Of a stretch of 53,261 bases of DNA, positions 39,146 through 48,013 are shown piece by piece. Source of the stretch: a virus (Duplodnaviria; Caudoviricetes); the IMG/VR virus record IMGVR_UViG_3300025646_000056, positions 1-53,261 of that record; one strand, 5' to 3'. The notes below the pieces were generated by a model that saw only the letters and a list, made by a program, of their open reading frames with translations, ran no database searches and was not told where the DNA came from. A program made the translations under genes and the position numbers. Within the stretch, counting starts at the first letter, position 1, and each line of letters opens with the position of its first letter.

Positions 39146-40723
39146 ATGCCTGAATTGTTTGGATTCTCTTTCGGGAGAAGTAACAAGAAAGTCTTAGACG
39201 ACACCGTTAAGAAAGTTGACGGAACGCTAGTAAACCCATCGTTCGTGCCACCAGACATGGACGATGGGTCTGCTATTGTCGGAGGTGGAGGATACTTTGG
39301 TCAGTATCTAGACATGGATGGAGCGATTCGATCAGATAATGATCTGATTATGAAGTATCGATCCATGGCTATGCACTCCGAAATTGAAATGGCAGTTGAA
39401 GATATTCTCAACGAATCTATTGTCTATGAGGTAGATTACCCAGCGGTCAAATTGCGTCTGGAACAGTTAAAGGTTTCGGATGGAATCAAGAAAAAGATTG
39501 AAGAAGAATTTACTACGGTTCTGAAACTTCTCAACTTCTCCAACAAGGGTTATGATATTTTCAGAAGATGGTATATCGAAGGTAGACTTTATTATCATCT
39601 GATCGTTGATCCAAAGAATCCTAAAAAGGGAATTCTTGAACTTCGAGCAGTTGATCCGATCAAAATGAAAAAGATCAAACAAGTCTACAAAGAAAAAGAC
39701 CCACAGACACAAGTTAGTATGGTAACAAAGGTAGAAGATTTCTTCATCTACTTTGACAAAGCATATATTGACAAGTACGGAACCGGTCTTCAGATCATCA
39801 ACACACAAGGTGTAGAAGGACTGAAGATTTCAACAGATGCCGTCTGTTATGTTCCTTCTGGTCTGTATGATTTCGAGAACAAAAGAGTAATCGGTTATCT
39901 TCACAAGGCAATCAAACCACTCAATCAACTTCGTATGATTGAGGATGCCGTTGTAATCTATCGCATCTCTCGAGCCCCAGAACGCCGTATCTTTTATATC
40001 GATGTAGGTTCATTACCGAAGACAAAGGCGGAACAGTATCTTCGAGAGATCATGAACAAGTATCGAAACAAACTCGTTTATGATGCGACCACAGGAGAAA
40101 TTCGAGACGACAGAAGACACATGAGCATGTTAGAAGACTTCTGGTTGCCTCGTCGTGAAGGTGGTCGTGGTACAGAAATCCAAACGCTTGATGGTGGTCA
40201 AAACCTAGGCGAGATGGAAGATGTCGATTACTTCAAGAAGAAACTCTATCGTTCATTGAATGTTCCAATCACTCGTCTCGAACCGGATACAGGATTCAAT
40301 CTCGGTCGTGCATCTGAAATCACCAGAGACGAACTGAAGTTTGGTAAGTTCATTGATAAACTTCGATCTTCATTTGCTCAACTCTTCATCAGTCTTCTCC
40401 GAACGCAACTTCTTCTGAAGGGTGTCATGCGTGAGGAAGAATGGAAAGATATTGAGCAAGACATTCGTTTTGATTTTAATCGTGATTCATATTTCACAGA
40501 ACTCAAGAACACAGAAATCATGAAAGAAAGACTTGAGTTGATTCGTGAAATGGAAGAACACATTGGTACATACTTCTCGCGTAACTTTGTTAAGAAGAAC
40601 ATTCTCCACATGTCTGAAAGAGAAATTGAGGAAATGGAGAAAGAAATTAACCAAGAAACTAAAGATGGTGATATAGATATGAGTGGTGGAATGGAAGATC
40701 AACAACCTCCACCGAGGAGATAA
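39146..40723 (+). CDS. g20: portal protein gp20
   Basis: LFGFS, YLHKAIKPLNQLRMIEDAVVIYRISRAPERRIFYIDVG, EDFWLPRREGGRGTEI. Confidence 0.98.
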   Translation: MPELFGFSFGRSNKKVLDDTVKKVDGTLVNPSFVPPDMDDGSAIVGGGGYFGQYLDMDGAIRSDNDLIMKYRSMAMHSEIEMAVEDILNESIVYEVDYPAVKLRLEQLKVSDGIKKKIEEEFTTVLKLLNFSNKGYDIFRRWYIEGRLYYHLIVDPKNPKKGILELRAVDPIKMKKIKQVYKEKDPQTQVSMVTKVEDFFIYFDKAYIDKYGTGLQIINTQGVEGLKISTDAVCYVPSGLYDFENKRVIGYLHKAIKPLNQLRMIEDAVVIYRISRAPERRIFYIDVGSLPKTKAEQYLREIMNKYRNKLVYDATTGEIRDDRRHMSMLEDFWLPRREGGRGTEIQTLDGGQNLGEMEDVDYFKKKLYRSLNVPITRLEPDTGFNLGRASEITRDELKFGKFIDKLRSSFAQLFISLLRTQLLLKGVMREEEWKDIEQDIRFDFNRDSYFTELKNTEIMKERLELIREMEEHIGTYFSRNFVKKNILHMSEREIEEMEKEINQETKDGDIDMSGGMEDQQPPPRR

Positions 40724-40726
40724 TCA

Positions 40727-41233
40727 ATGGCATCAGCAAACTATGATATATCAACCGAACAAGGTACAGACTTTGTTCTGAATATCAATTATTACGATGA
40801 TCTAGGAAATCCTATAGACATGTCCTCTGGTTACTGGGCAAAAATGGATGTCCGTGGTCAAAAGTTTGAAAATGATATAAATGACACTACACTCAAAATT
40901 AGATTTAGTACAGCAAACACATATGGGTTTACTAGTGATATAAGTGTAGGCAACAATAAAAAAGTTGCAGGTCACATTTCTCTCGATGGTGAGTATGTCT
41001 ACTCGGATGATTTAGAAGGTGCTACATCAAGTAATATAACTGGTCAAATTTCTTTATCATTCACCAAACAAGTTTCTCGACAACTTCCTTCTGGATCCTA
41101 TTTGTACGATATGATCTTGTTCAAGGACAGGGGTATATCAACTGGATCAACAGCCGATGCAATAGCAGAAAGATTAATGGCTGGCAAATTCATAATTACT
41201 CCATCAATCTCAAACCCAGACTTCGACGCATAA
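40727..41233 (+). CDS. small Ig-like virion structural/adaptor protein
   Basis: EQGTDF..PIDM..AKMDVR..GQISLS..GSYLYD..RLMAGKFIITP pattern common in marine T4-like virion proteins. Confidence 0.65.
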   Translation: MASANYDISTEQGTDFVLNINYYDDLGNPIDMSSGYWAKMDVRGQKFENDINDTTLKIRFSTANTYGFTSDISVGNNKKVAGHISLDGEYVYSDDLEGATSSNITGQISLSFTKQVSRQLPSGSYLYDMILFKDRGISTGSTADAIAERLMAGKFIITPSISNPDFDA

Positions 41234-41234
41234 A

Positions 41235-42107
41235 ATGCCATTACTCGTTGAACCAAGACTCAGATTTCATGTAGGTAAATTCGGTGGTTCCTTTGTGGAC
41301 ATTCACCGAACTTATGAACCACAATCAGAAAGTTCTGATAATACTCCGTATCTCCGAGAAAACAATTCGGCGTTTGGACAAAGTTTAGTTTTTGGTGTTG
41401 AAGGACAATATCCATGTCTTCCTTCATTTAGACAGAAACCACAAAACAGACCTTATTATTCTATAGAAAATGGAACAGATATACCAACGCAAGATTGTAA
41501 TGGTATAGATGGTTTCAGAAAAATGGTGACTCGGTATCTCAAACCAATTAATGAAGAAGATGATCCATTCTTGAATACGAATCCAGATTCTAACGGCGAT
41601 ATAATGAATAGTGATTATGCAGGGAATAGATACACATCCACTGGTAATATTTCACCGAATAGTTGGTCTGTTGTGAGTGGTATTGAATTCTCATTGTCTC
41701 CGGACATTCATGAAAACTTCAACCCAAGCCATAGAGATGAAATGAAGGTTTATTGGGCTTTTTCCGTTAGTGGTATCAACAAACCAAGTATTGTCACAGA
41801 CAACAGAAATCAACAATATTTGAATGTAGCAAATTTAAAAAAGAAAAGTACATTCTATTGGGCTGGAAACAGAATATATCTTGAGATCGAACATGGTTTT
41901 AACAGTATGGAATATTCTTATATTATTACCAATCTTGATGGTTGGATCGAAACCAAAAAGAAAAATTCTTTGATCATATCAAGATTCATTTCAGGAAACG
42001 ATGACGGTATTTTTAGAAATGCAGGTGGTTTTTATTCTCTTGGTCCAAAGAGTTCTCCGATGTTGCCAAGAGGAAGATGCCAGGTTATGTTCTTGAAGGA
42101 AACTTGA
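41235..42107 (+). CDS. hypothetical protein
   Basis: 290-aa ORF tightly packed (1-nt gaps) in the late operon; no recognised motif. Confidence 0.7.
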   Translation: MPLLVEPRLRFHVGKFGGSFVDIHRTYEPQSESSDNTPYLRENNSAFGQSLVFGVEGQYPCLPSFRQKPQNRPYYSIENGTDIPTQDCNGIDGFRKMVTRYLKPINEEDDPFLNTNPDSNGDIMNSDYAGNRYTSTGNISPNSWSVVSGIEFSLSPDIHENFNPSHRDEMKVYWAFSVSGINKPSIVTDNRNQQYLNVANLKKKSTFYWAGNRIYLEIEHGFNSMEYSYIITNLDGWIETKKKNSLIISRFISGNDDGIFRNAGGFYSLGPKSSPMLPRGRCQVMFLKET

Positions 42108-42108
42108 T

Positions 42109-43437
42109 ATGGCTGGAAGTAATCAAAAAGTACTTGGATATTTAAAAATCATAGACAAAACCAGCCCTGTTTTTAATGTTGGTCGTGATTATGGTAGGCT
42201 TATAAAAAGAAGAGACGAAATAACATTAGAAATAACAAAAAGAGACTCTAAGTTCGTTTATTACTATGATGATCCGACTGCAAAGTTCTTCACAGATCCA
42301 CCATGCAAAACAACATGTGAAAGAAAAATAGAAGTCATTTGTGGTCAAGATGTATGTGATACAAGTGGATTTGGAAGACCCATAGTAATCGGTGGTTCTT
42401 CAACTCGAAATGTAGGCGGAGGAGCCGGAGGAGGTGGAGCCGGAGGAGGTGGTGGAGGAGGTATTGGTGGAGGTGTACCCTGTATATCTCCTCCATGTTA
42501 TAGTGTTGAATGTCCGAACCCACCATGTGGTGAAGAGGAAGAAGAACCATTAACATGCGAAAATTCTGTTGGTTCTGGATCATGTTGTTTTAATACGGAT
42601 GTTCAGAATTGTTGTTATGTAACTTGTTATAAGAAGATACATTCTCCATCAGAAGAAGAACCTAATTGTTGTGGTGAAGGAGAATTGGTAAACTCCCCCA
42701 GTGGTCCGGTCTGTTTGAATGAGGATGGAACATATAGTGGTATAGCATGTGATGATCCAGCAAATGTCCAACCAGGCAACATAGACTTATGTACTATAAC
42801 CAAAAAATATTGTTTAACAGGTACAAATGACAGTGGAAATATGGTTTTTAGTGCAGAAGATGGGAGTGGATCTGTTTCTTTTAATCCAAACACCGGACAG
42901 TTTACCCCTCCATCTGGAGGTGATGAGAATGAAATAGATGCTCTTCCATGCGATTCTACTGGTTATGACACTTTCGAATCGACTTGTGGTTGTTTATCTT
43001 ATGGTTGTGCATGTAGAAAAACCGGCGATGAAGTAGAACAAGATGGTGGAGATATTGTTGATGGTGTGATGTATGTTGAATGTGAACATGGTGATTTGTA
43101 TGTTGGAATGGATGATGTTCCTGATTTGGGGGAAGTACCGGATCCATCTGGAGAAACGGATGCAATATTCTTAAACTCAACAAATATATGTGATGATCCA
43201 GATGGACGATGTACATCATATACACTTATAAGATATTGTGTAACCGGTTGTCCAGACCCAACATTCACAATAAAGAAAGTACCGGGTTGTTCTGTTAGTT
43301 GGAGGCCACCAAGTGAAGATAATCCACCAGAGTATGAATGGGGTGAAAATGAACAAGATGATTTGGGCGGAATTAGTTGGACACCGGGAGGTGTTGCAGG
43401 TGGTGGTCCATCCAGTGAATGTGACTGTGGTGGATAA
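42109..43437 (+). CDS. hypothetical Cys-rich acidic protein with poly-Gly linker
   Basis: 442 aa, about 33 Cys, GGGAGGGGAGGGGGGGIGGG linker, ends CDCGG. Confidence 0.75.
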   Translation: MAGSNQKVLGYLKIIDKTSPVFNVGRDYGRLIKRRDEITLEITKRDSKFVYYYDDPTAKFFTDPPCKTTCERKIEVICGQDVCDTSGFGRPIVIGGSSTRNVGGGAGGGGAGGGGGGGIGGGVPCISPPCYSVECPNPPCGEEEEEPLTCENSVGSGSCCFNTDVQNCCYVTCYKKIHSPSEEEPNCCGEGELVNSPSGPVCLNEDGTYSGIACDDPANVQPGNIDLCTITKKYCLTGTNDSGNMVFSAEDGSGSVSFNPNTGQFTPPSGGDENEIDALPCDSTGYDTFESTCGCLSYGCACRKTGDEVEQDGGDIVDGVMYVECEHGDLYVGMDDVPDLGEVPDPSGETDAIFLNSTNICDDPDGRCTSYTLIRYCVTGCPDPTFTIKKVPGCSVSWRPPSEDNPPEYEWGENEQDDLGGISWTPGGVAGGGPSSECDCGG

Positions 43438-43449
43438 AAACTTATTTCT

Positions 43450-43457
43450 TATAAATA
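43450..43457 (+). promoter_or_regulatory. T4-type late promoter for core/g21/g22/g23
   Basis: Exact TATAAATA in the intergenic gap. Confidence 0.85.
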
Positions 43458-43492
43458 AACAAGAACTGTTTCCAAAACACGGGAGATTTTAA

Positions 43493-44065
43493 ATGTCTTA
43501 TATTAAGAACATCATCGAAGGAATCATTGAAGAAAATCCTTCATTTACAAAGAAAGCAATTGAAGCTGCACTTTACGAAAAGATGGCAGAACGTCTTGAA
43601 CTCGCAAGAGAAGAAGTCGCTTCCAGTATGTTTGTAGAGGAAGAAGACATCTGCGAAGAGTGTGAAGAGGAGTGGGATGACGAAGAAGTCTTCGAAGAAA
43701 CTGACGAAGAGGAAGACGAGGAAGAGGACGAAGACGAAGACGAGGAAGAAGTAGAGGAGTCTGCTAAGAAAGCTTCTAAAGATTATGACGGTGATGGTAC
43801 AGTCGAATCAGGAACCGAGGAATGGAAAGGTTCAAGAGACAAAGCTATTAAGAAAGCCATGGCTGCCAGAAAAGAATCTTTCGACGGAATCAATGAAATC
43901 TCAACTGGACTACTGCACTCCGCCCGGCGTCGTGCCGGTGAAGATAAGATGTCTGCTCTTGACGGTGCAGCGATGGGTGAAAAGGGAGCCGCAGAACACG
44001 CCGCGAAGAGAACTCGTTTAATCAACAAGATCGACAAGAGACTTGCAAAGAAAACCCGTTCCTGA
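43493..44065 (+). CDS. prohead core protein (gp67/gp68-like)
   Basis: ALYEKMAERLE..REEVASSMF N-terminus, poly-Glu/Asp tract, KDYDGDG.VES...GSRDKAIKKAM; directly upstream of g21. Confidence 0.7.
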   Translation: MSYIKNIIEGIIEENPSFTKKAIEAALYEKMAERLELAREEVASSMFVEEEDICEECEEEWDDEEVFEETDEEEDEEEDEDEDEEEVEESAKKASKDYDGDGTVESGTEEWKGSRDKAIKKAMAARKESFDGINEISTGLLHSARRRAGEDKMSALDGAAMGEKGAAEHAAKRTRLINKIDKRLAKKTRS

Positions 44066-44085
44066 TTCTATAAAGAGGAATTAAA

Positions 44086-44739
44086 ATGCTTCTAATCACA
44101 GAACATTCAGACGATCTACAGGTCATTTCAGAGGCATCGGAAGATGGAAAGAAGAACATCTTCATTGAAGGTATCTTCATGCAATCTGAAAAGAAGAATA
44201 GAAATGGTCGTATTTATGAAAGAGCTATTCTATTCAAAGAGGCTGATCGTTATAACAAAGAGTATGTAGAAAAGAACAGAGCGATGGGTGAACTTGGACA
44301 TCCAGATGGTCCAACACTCAACCTCGAACGTGTGTCACATAACATCACCAATCTTAAGTTTGATGGTGATAATGTAGTAGGAAAAGCAAGAGTTCTTGAC
44401 ACTCCATATGGAAAAATCGTCAAGAGCCTTATCAGTGATGGAGTTAAACTTGGTGTTTCTACCCGTGGTATGGGTTCTCTCGAAGAGAGAAATGGAGCCA
44501 AGTATGTCAAGGAAGACTTCATGTTGACTGCTGTTGACATCGTTGCAGATCCTTCTGCTCCTGATGCTTTTGTAAATGGTATCATGGAAGGCAAAGAGTG
44601 GGTCTGGGACAATGGAGTCCTCCGAGAAAGACAAATCGAAAAGTATCACAGAGTAATTTCCGAGGCAGATCGAAGAAATCTTGAAGAAACAAAAATAAAT
44701 GTTTTCAGAGATTTTATGTCAAAATTATCAAATTACTAA
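44086..44739 (+). CDS. g21: prohead protease gp21
   Basis: MLLITE, IEGIFMQ..KNRNGRIY, GELGHP, LGVSTRGMGSL, DIVADPSAPDAFV. Confidence 0.98.
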   Translation: MLLITEHSDDLQVISEASEDGKKNIFIEGIFMQSEKKNRNGRIYERAILFKEADRYNKEYVEKNRAMGELGHPDGPTLNLERVSHNITNLKFDGDNVVGKARVLDTPYGKIVKSLISDGVKLGVSTRGMGSLEERNGAKYVKEDFMLTAVDIVADPSAPDAFVNGIMEGKEWVWDNGVLRERQIEKYHRVISEADRRNLEETKINVFRDFMSKLSNY

Positions 44740-44777
44740 ATAACAATACTGTAAGGTATATTCAAAGGAGTCCTTAG

Positions 44778-45863
44778 ATGAGTTCAGAAGACCTAACCCC
44801 AATCGAGGCCGCAAGAGCAATTCTTGAAGCGAGAAGATTACATAATGAGGAAGCTTCCGATTTGGTAGAGCATCTCGAAGAAGTCGAAGAGGACTTCGAA
44901 GGTATCGAAGAGGAACAAAAAGAAATGAAACCAAAGAAACCAAACATGTCTGGTGACAAGGGTGCCGCAGTAGAAAAAGACGTTAGCGGCAAGTCCTCAC
45001 AGGACACTCAAGGAAAGGGTCCAATCATCGGAACCGATAAGGGGACCGAAGGTAAGGACAAGAAGAACAAGGCTTCAATCTCCATGAAGTCATCCGATGC
45101 TTCTGGAAAGATCGAGAAGCCAAAGATGACCGCTACTGCGGAGCATATGGAAGCACTTTTCAATGGTGAAGACCTTTCCGAAGAGTTCAAGGATAAGGCA
45201 ACAACCATCTTCGAAGCCGCTGTCAATGATGCTCTCGGTCGTTACGCCGAAGCACTTGAGGAAGCCTATGAGGCGCAACTCATGGAAACAGCTGCTACAA
45301 TCGAAGAGAACCTTACAGATTCACTCAACGATTATCTCGACTACGTTGTCGAGAACTGGATTCAAGAGAACGAAGTCGCCATCGAAAGAGGCATTCGTGC
45401 AGAAGTCGCCGAATCCTTCATGAGTGGTCTTCGTGACCTCTTTGCCAACCACTACATCGACATCCCAGAAGAGAAGTTTGATGTAGTTGAAGGACTCGTA
45501 AACGACATCGAGGAACTTCAGAACGAACTCAACGAAGAGATCGAAAGAAACATGGCAATCCGCGAAGCAAACGAATCACTTGCTTGCGAACTCACATTCC
45601 GCGATATGACCGAAGGTATGGTCGATACTGATATCGAAAAACTTCGTTCACTTTCAGAAGGTATTGAGTTTGACAATGCCGAACAGTTTGCCGACAAGCT
45701 TGAAGTTCTTCGTGAGAACTACTTCAAGAAAGTCAACGGTGGATCAGAAGTCTCATTCATTACTGAAGAGACAGAAGAAGATGGTGATAACACCATCACA
45801 GAAGAAATTTCAGGACCAATGAGCTACTACGCTCAAGCTATTTCAAGAACAGTAAAGAAATAA
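44778..45863 (+). CDS. g22: prohead scaffold protein gp22
   Basis: ALFNGEDLSEEFKDKATTIFEAA, YLDYVVENW..ENE.AIERGI. Confidence 0.96.
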   Translation: MSSEDLTPIEAARAILEARRLHNEEASDLVEHLEEVEEDFEGIEEEQKEMKPKKPNMSGDKGAAVEKDVSGKSSQDTQGKGPIIGTDKGTEGKDKKNKASISMKSSDASGKIEKPKMTATAEHMEALFNGEDLSEEFKDKATTIFEAAVNDALGRYAEALEEAYEAQLMETAATIEENLTDSLNDYLDYVVENWIQENEVAIERGIRAEVAESFMSGLRDLFANHYIDIPEEKFDVVEGLVNDIEELQNELNEEIERNMAIREANESLACELTFRDMTEGMVDTDIEKLRSLSEGIEFDNAEQFADKLEVLRENYFKKVNGGSEVSFITEETEEDGDNTITEEISGPMSYYAQAISRTVKK

Positions 45864-45889
45864 TCTAAATCTAAATAAGGAGAGATTAG

Positions 45890-47335
45890 ATGCGTTACGA
45901 AGAAGTAAACTCACTTGCAGAGCAAGTACGAAGAAAGTGGAACCCAATTCTGGAGCACCCAGATTTAACTCCAATCAACGACACATACAAGAAGAACGTC
46001 ACAGCCATTCTTCTTGAGAACCAAGAGCAATACCTCAGTGAAACCCCAACAAACTCGGGTATGCAACAGGGTATGATTTCATCACTCGGTGGTGCAGCTA
46101 CCGCACAACAAGGTGCTGTTCAGTCATTCGACCCAGTTCTCATCTCACTCGTTCGTCGATCAATGCCAAACCTGATCGCTTACGACATCTGTGGTGTTCA
46201 ACCAATGACTGGTCCTACCGGACTCATCTTCGCCATGAAGAGCAACTACGTTAGCGCTGCTGGTGCAAGAGATGCTGAAGCTCTCTTTAACGAAGCACGC
46301 ACTGGTTACGCAACCTCAAGTGCAGGCAAGACAACTGATGCTCTCAACTTAGGAATCACCAGTGGTTCCATGTTTGGTTATGGTGCAGCCGCTGTTGGTG
46401 ATCCTTTCAGTGATTTTGTTCACGGTGGTATTACAACCGCACAAGCTGAAGCACTTGGTGCATCCAACAAACCAGACTTCCAAGAGATGTCATTCTCAAT
46501 CGAGAGAACAGCAGTTCAAGCCAAGACTCGCGCCCTGAAGGCTGAGTACTCAACTGAACTCGCTCAAGACCTCCGTGCTGTTCACGGTCTTGATGCCGAA
46601 ACTGAACTCGCTAACATCCTCTCAACCGAGATCCTTAGCGAAATCAACCGAGAAGTAGTTCGTACCATTCTTAAGGTTGCCAAACTTGGTTGTCAACAGG
46701 ATGACCTCTTCCAGAAGGGTAGTGGCGCTTCCTTTGGTCAACCAAACGGTGGTGGTGTCGGTGGTGTATATGACATCCTCCGCGACTCAGACGGTCGTTG
46801 GAGTGCAGAACGCTTCCGTGGTCTGCTCTTCCAAATCGAACGTGAAGCCAACCAGATCGCCAAGGAAACCCGTCGTGGTAAGGGCAACATCGTCATCTGC
46901 TCTTCAGATGTCGCTGCTGCACTCGCCCTCAGTGGTTCAATGCAATCAACTCCAATGGGTGGCGGAAGCCTCCAAGTTGATGACACAGGTAACACCTTTG
47001 TCGGAACCATCAATGGTCGCCTAAAGGTCTACATCGACCCATATGCCGACTTCAACTACTGCGTAGTTGGTTACAAGGGTTCAAGCCAGTATGATGCTGG
47101 ACTCTTCTACTGTCCATACGTTCCACTACAGATGGTTCGTGCAGTAGGTGAGAACACCTTCCAGCCAAAGATCGGCTTCAAGACTCGATACGGAATGGTT
47201 TCAAACCCATTCGTTCTTAAGGACGATACCACACCAGATGGTGAAAACCTCACCGGTCGCAAGAACCAATACTATCGTGCCTTCCGCATTGACAACCTCC
47301 ACGGTATCAACTCAGGATCCGGCGCAACTCAGTGA
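45890..47335 (+). CDS. g23: major capsid protein gp23
   Basis: KWNPIL, LLENQE, DPVLISLVRRSMPNLIAYDICGVQPMTGPTGLIFAM, FYCPYVPLQM, FQPKIGFKTRYG. Confidence 0.99.
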   Translation: MRYEEVNSLAEQVRRKWNPILEHPDLTPINDTYKKNVTAILLENQEQYLSETPTNSGMQQGMISSLGGAATAQQGAVQSFDPVLISLVRRSMPNLIAYDICGVQPMTGPTGLIFAMKSNYVSAAGARDAEALFNEARTGYATSSAGKTTDALNLGITSGSMFGYGAAAVGDPFSDFVHGGITTAQAEALGASNKPDFQEMSFSIERTAVQAKTRALKAEYSTELAQDLRAVHGLDAETELANILSTEILSEINREVVRTILKVAKLGCQQDDLFQKGSGASFGQPNGGGVGGVYDILRDSDGRWSAERFRGLLFQIEREANQIAKETRRGKGNIVICSSDVAAALALSGSMQSTPMGGGSLQVDDTGNTFVGTINGRLKVYIDPYADFNYCVVGYKGSSQYDAGLFYCPYVPLQMVRAVGENTFQPKIGFKTRYGMVSNPFVLKDDTTPDGENLTGRKNQYYRAFRIDNLHGINSGSGATQ

Positions 47336-47361
47336 TAAAACGGATTTGATCCGACACTAGG

Positions 47362-47396
47362 AACAGGGGAGTCTTCGGACTCCCCTGTTTCTTTTT
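47362..47396 (+). terminator. rho-independent terminator after g23
   Basis: AACAGGGGAGTC-TTCG-GACTCCCCTGTT then TCTTTTT. Confidence 0.93.
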
Positions 47397-47399
47397 ATA

Positions 47400-47407
47400 C
47401 CTAAATA
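47400..47407 (+). promoter_or_regulatory. variant late promoter for g3
   Basis: CCTAAATA immediately after the terminator. Confidence 0.55.
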
Positions 47408-47421
47408 TTATGGAGGTGTAT

Positions 47422-47982
47422 ATGCCACAATATAATCAGTATGTCCAATACGCATTAGATAGACAACCCGACAACGAGAATCTTTTACAGACAACAGGAT
47501 TCCGTTTTGTTCTGAGTAGAGCTCCTGAGACTGTTTATTTCTGTCAGACTGCAAATATACCTTCAATTAGTGTGGGTGTGACTGATATTTTCAACAAACA
47601 TCCAACTCTACACATAGCAGATCCAAAAATGACATACGACCCTCTGACTCTTTCTTTTCTTGTGAATGAAGATATGGGAAACTGGTTAGAAATTTATAAT
47701 TGGATGAAAGAGTTTACGATATATGATGAATTTCTGAACCCAAAGTCATTGAAGGAAAGACAAATAGATTCCACAATCAAAGGATCTCCAGAAAACTATC
47801 AAGTAGACGGAACTCTTGTCATATTGAATAGTAATTCAAGACCACAAGTTACTGTAACTTTTAAAGATATGTGGCCAAATAGTCTCGGGGAAATTGATCT
47901 AAACGCAACGGATGGTGACGCTTCCCAAATAACTTGCACGGCTACTTTCCAGTATCGAGATTATTCTGTAGAAATTTATTGA
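47422..47982 (+). CDS. g3: tail completion / tube terminator gp3
   Basis: N.L...GFRF, YFCQTANIP.I, YDPLTLSFLVNEDM.NW.EIYNW, FKDMWP.SL; start 47422 after a GGAGG SD. Confidence 0.92.
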   Translation: MPQYNQYVQYALDRQPDNENLLQTTGFRFVLSRAPETVYFCQTANIPSISVGVTDIFNKHPTLHIADPKMTYDPLTLSFLVNEDMGNWLEIYNWMKEFTIYDEFLNPKSLKERQIDSTIKGSPENYQVDGTLVILNSNSRPQVTVTFKDMWPNSLGEIDLNATDGDASQITCTATFQYRDYSVEIY

Positions 47983-48007
47983 CACACGATAGACTACAGT
48001 GTATATT
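47979..48007 (+). promoter_or_regulatory. sigma70-type promoter for uvsY
   Basis: TTGACA (47979-47984)-N17-TATATT (48002-48007). Confidence 0.75.
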
Positions 48008-48013
48008 TGAATT

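Noticed and set aside
34989-40723. Possible introns or inteins in g17, g18 or g20
   Set aside because: ORFs are continuous and of normal length, with no intein or homing endonuclease motifs seen
42415-42475. GGAGGAGGTGGAGCCGGAGG repeats and the GAAGAG/GAC-rich tract near 43640-43760 as a CRISPR or satellite array
   Set aside because: They simply encode poly-Gly and poly-Glu/Asp; no repeat-spacer structure
47336-47421. Absence of g24 after g23 as a novelty
   Set aside because: g23 followed directly by g3-uvsY-uvsW is the usual arrangement in marine/cyanophage-type T4-like genomes
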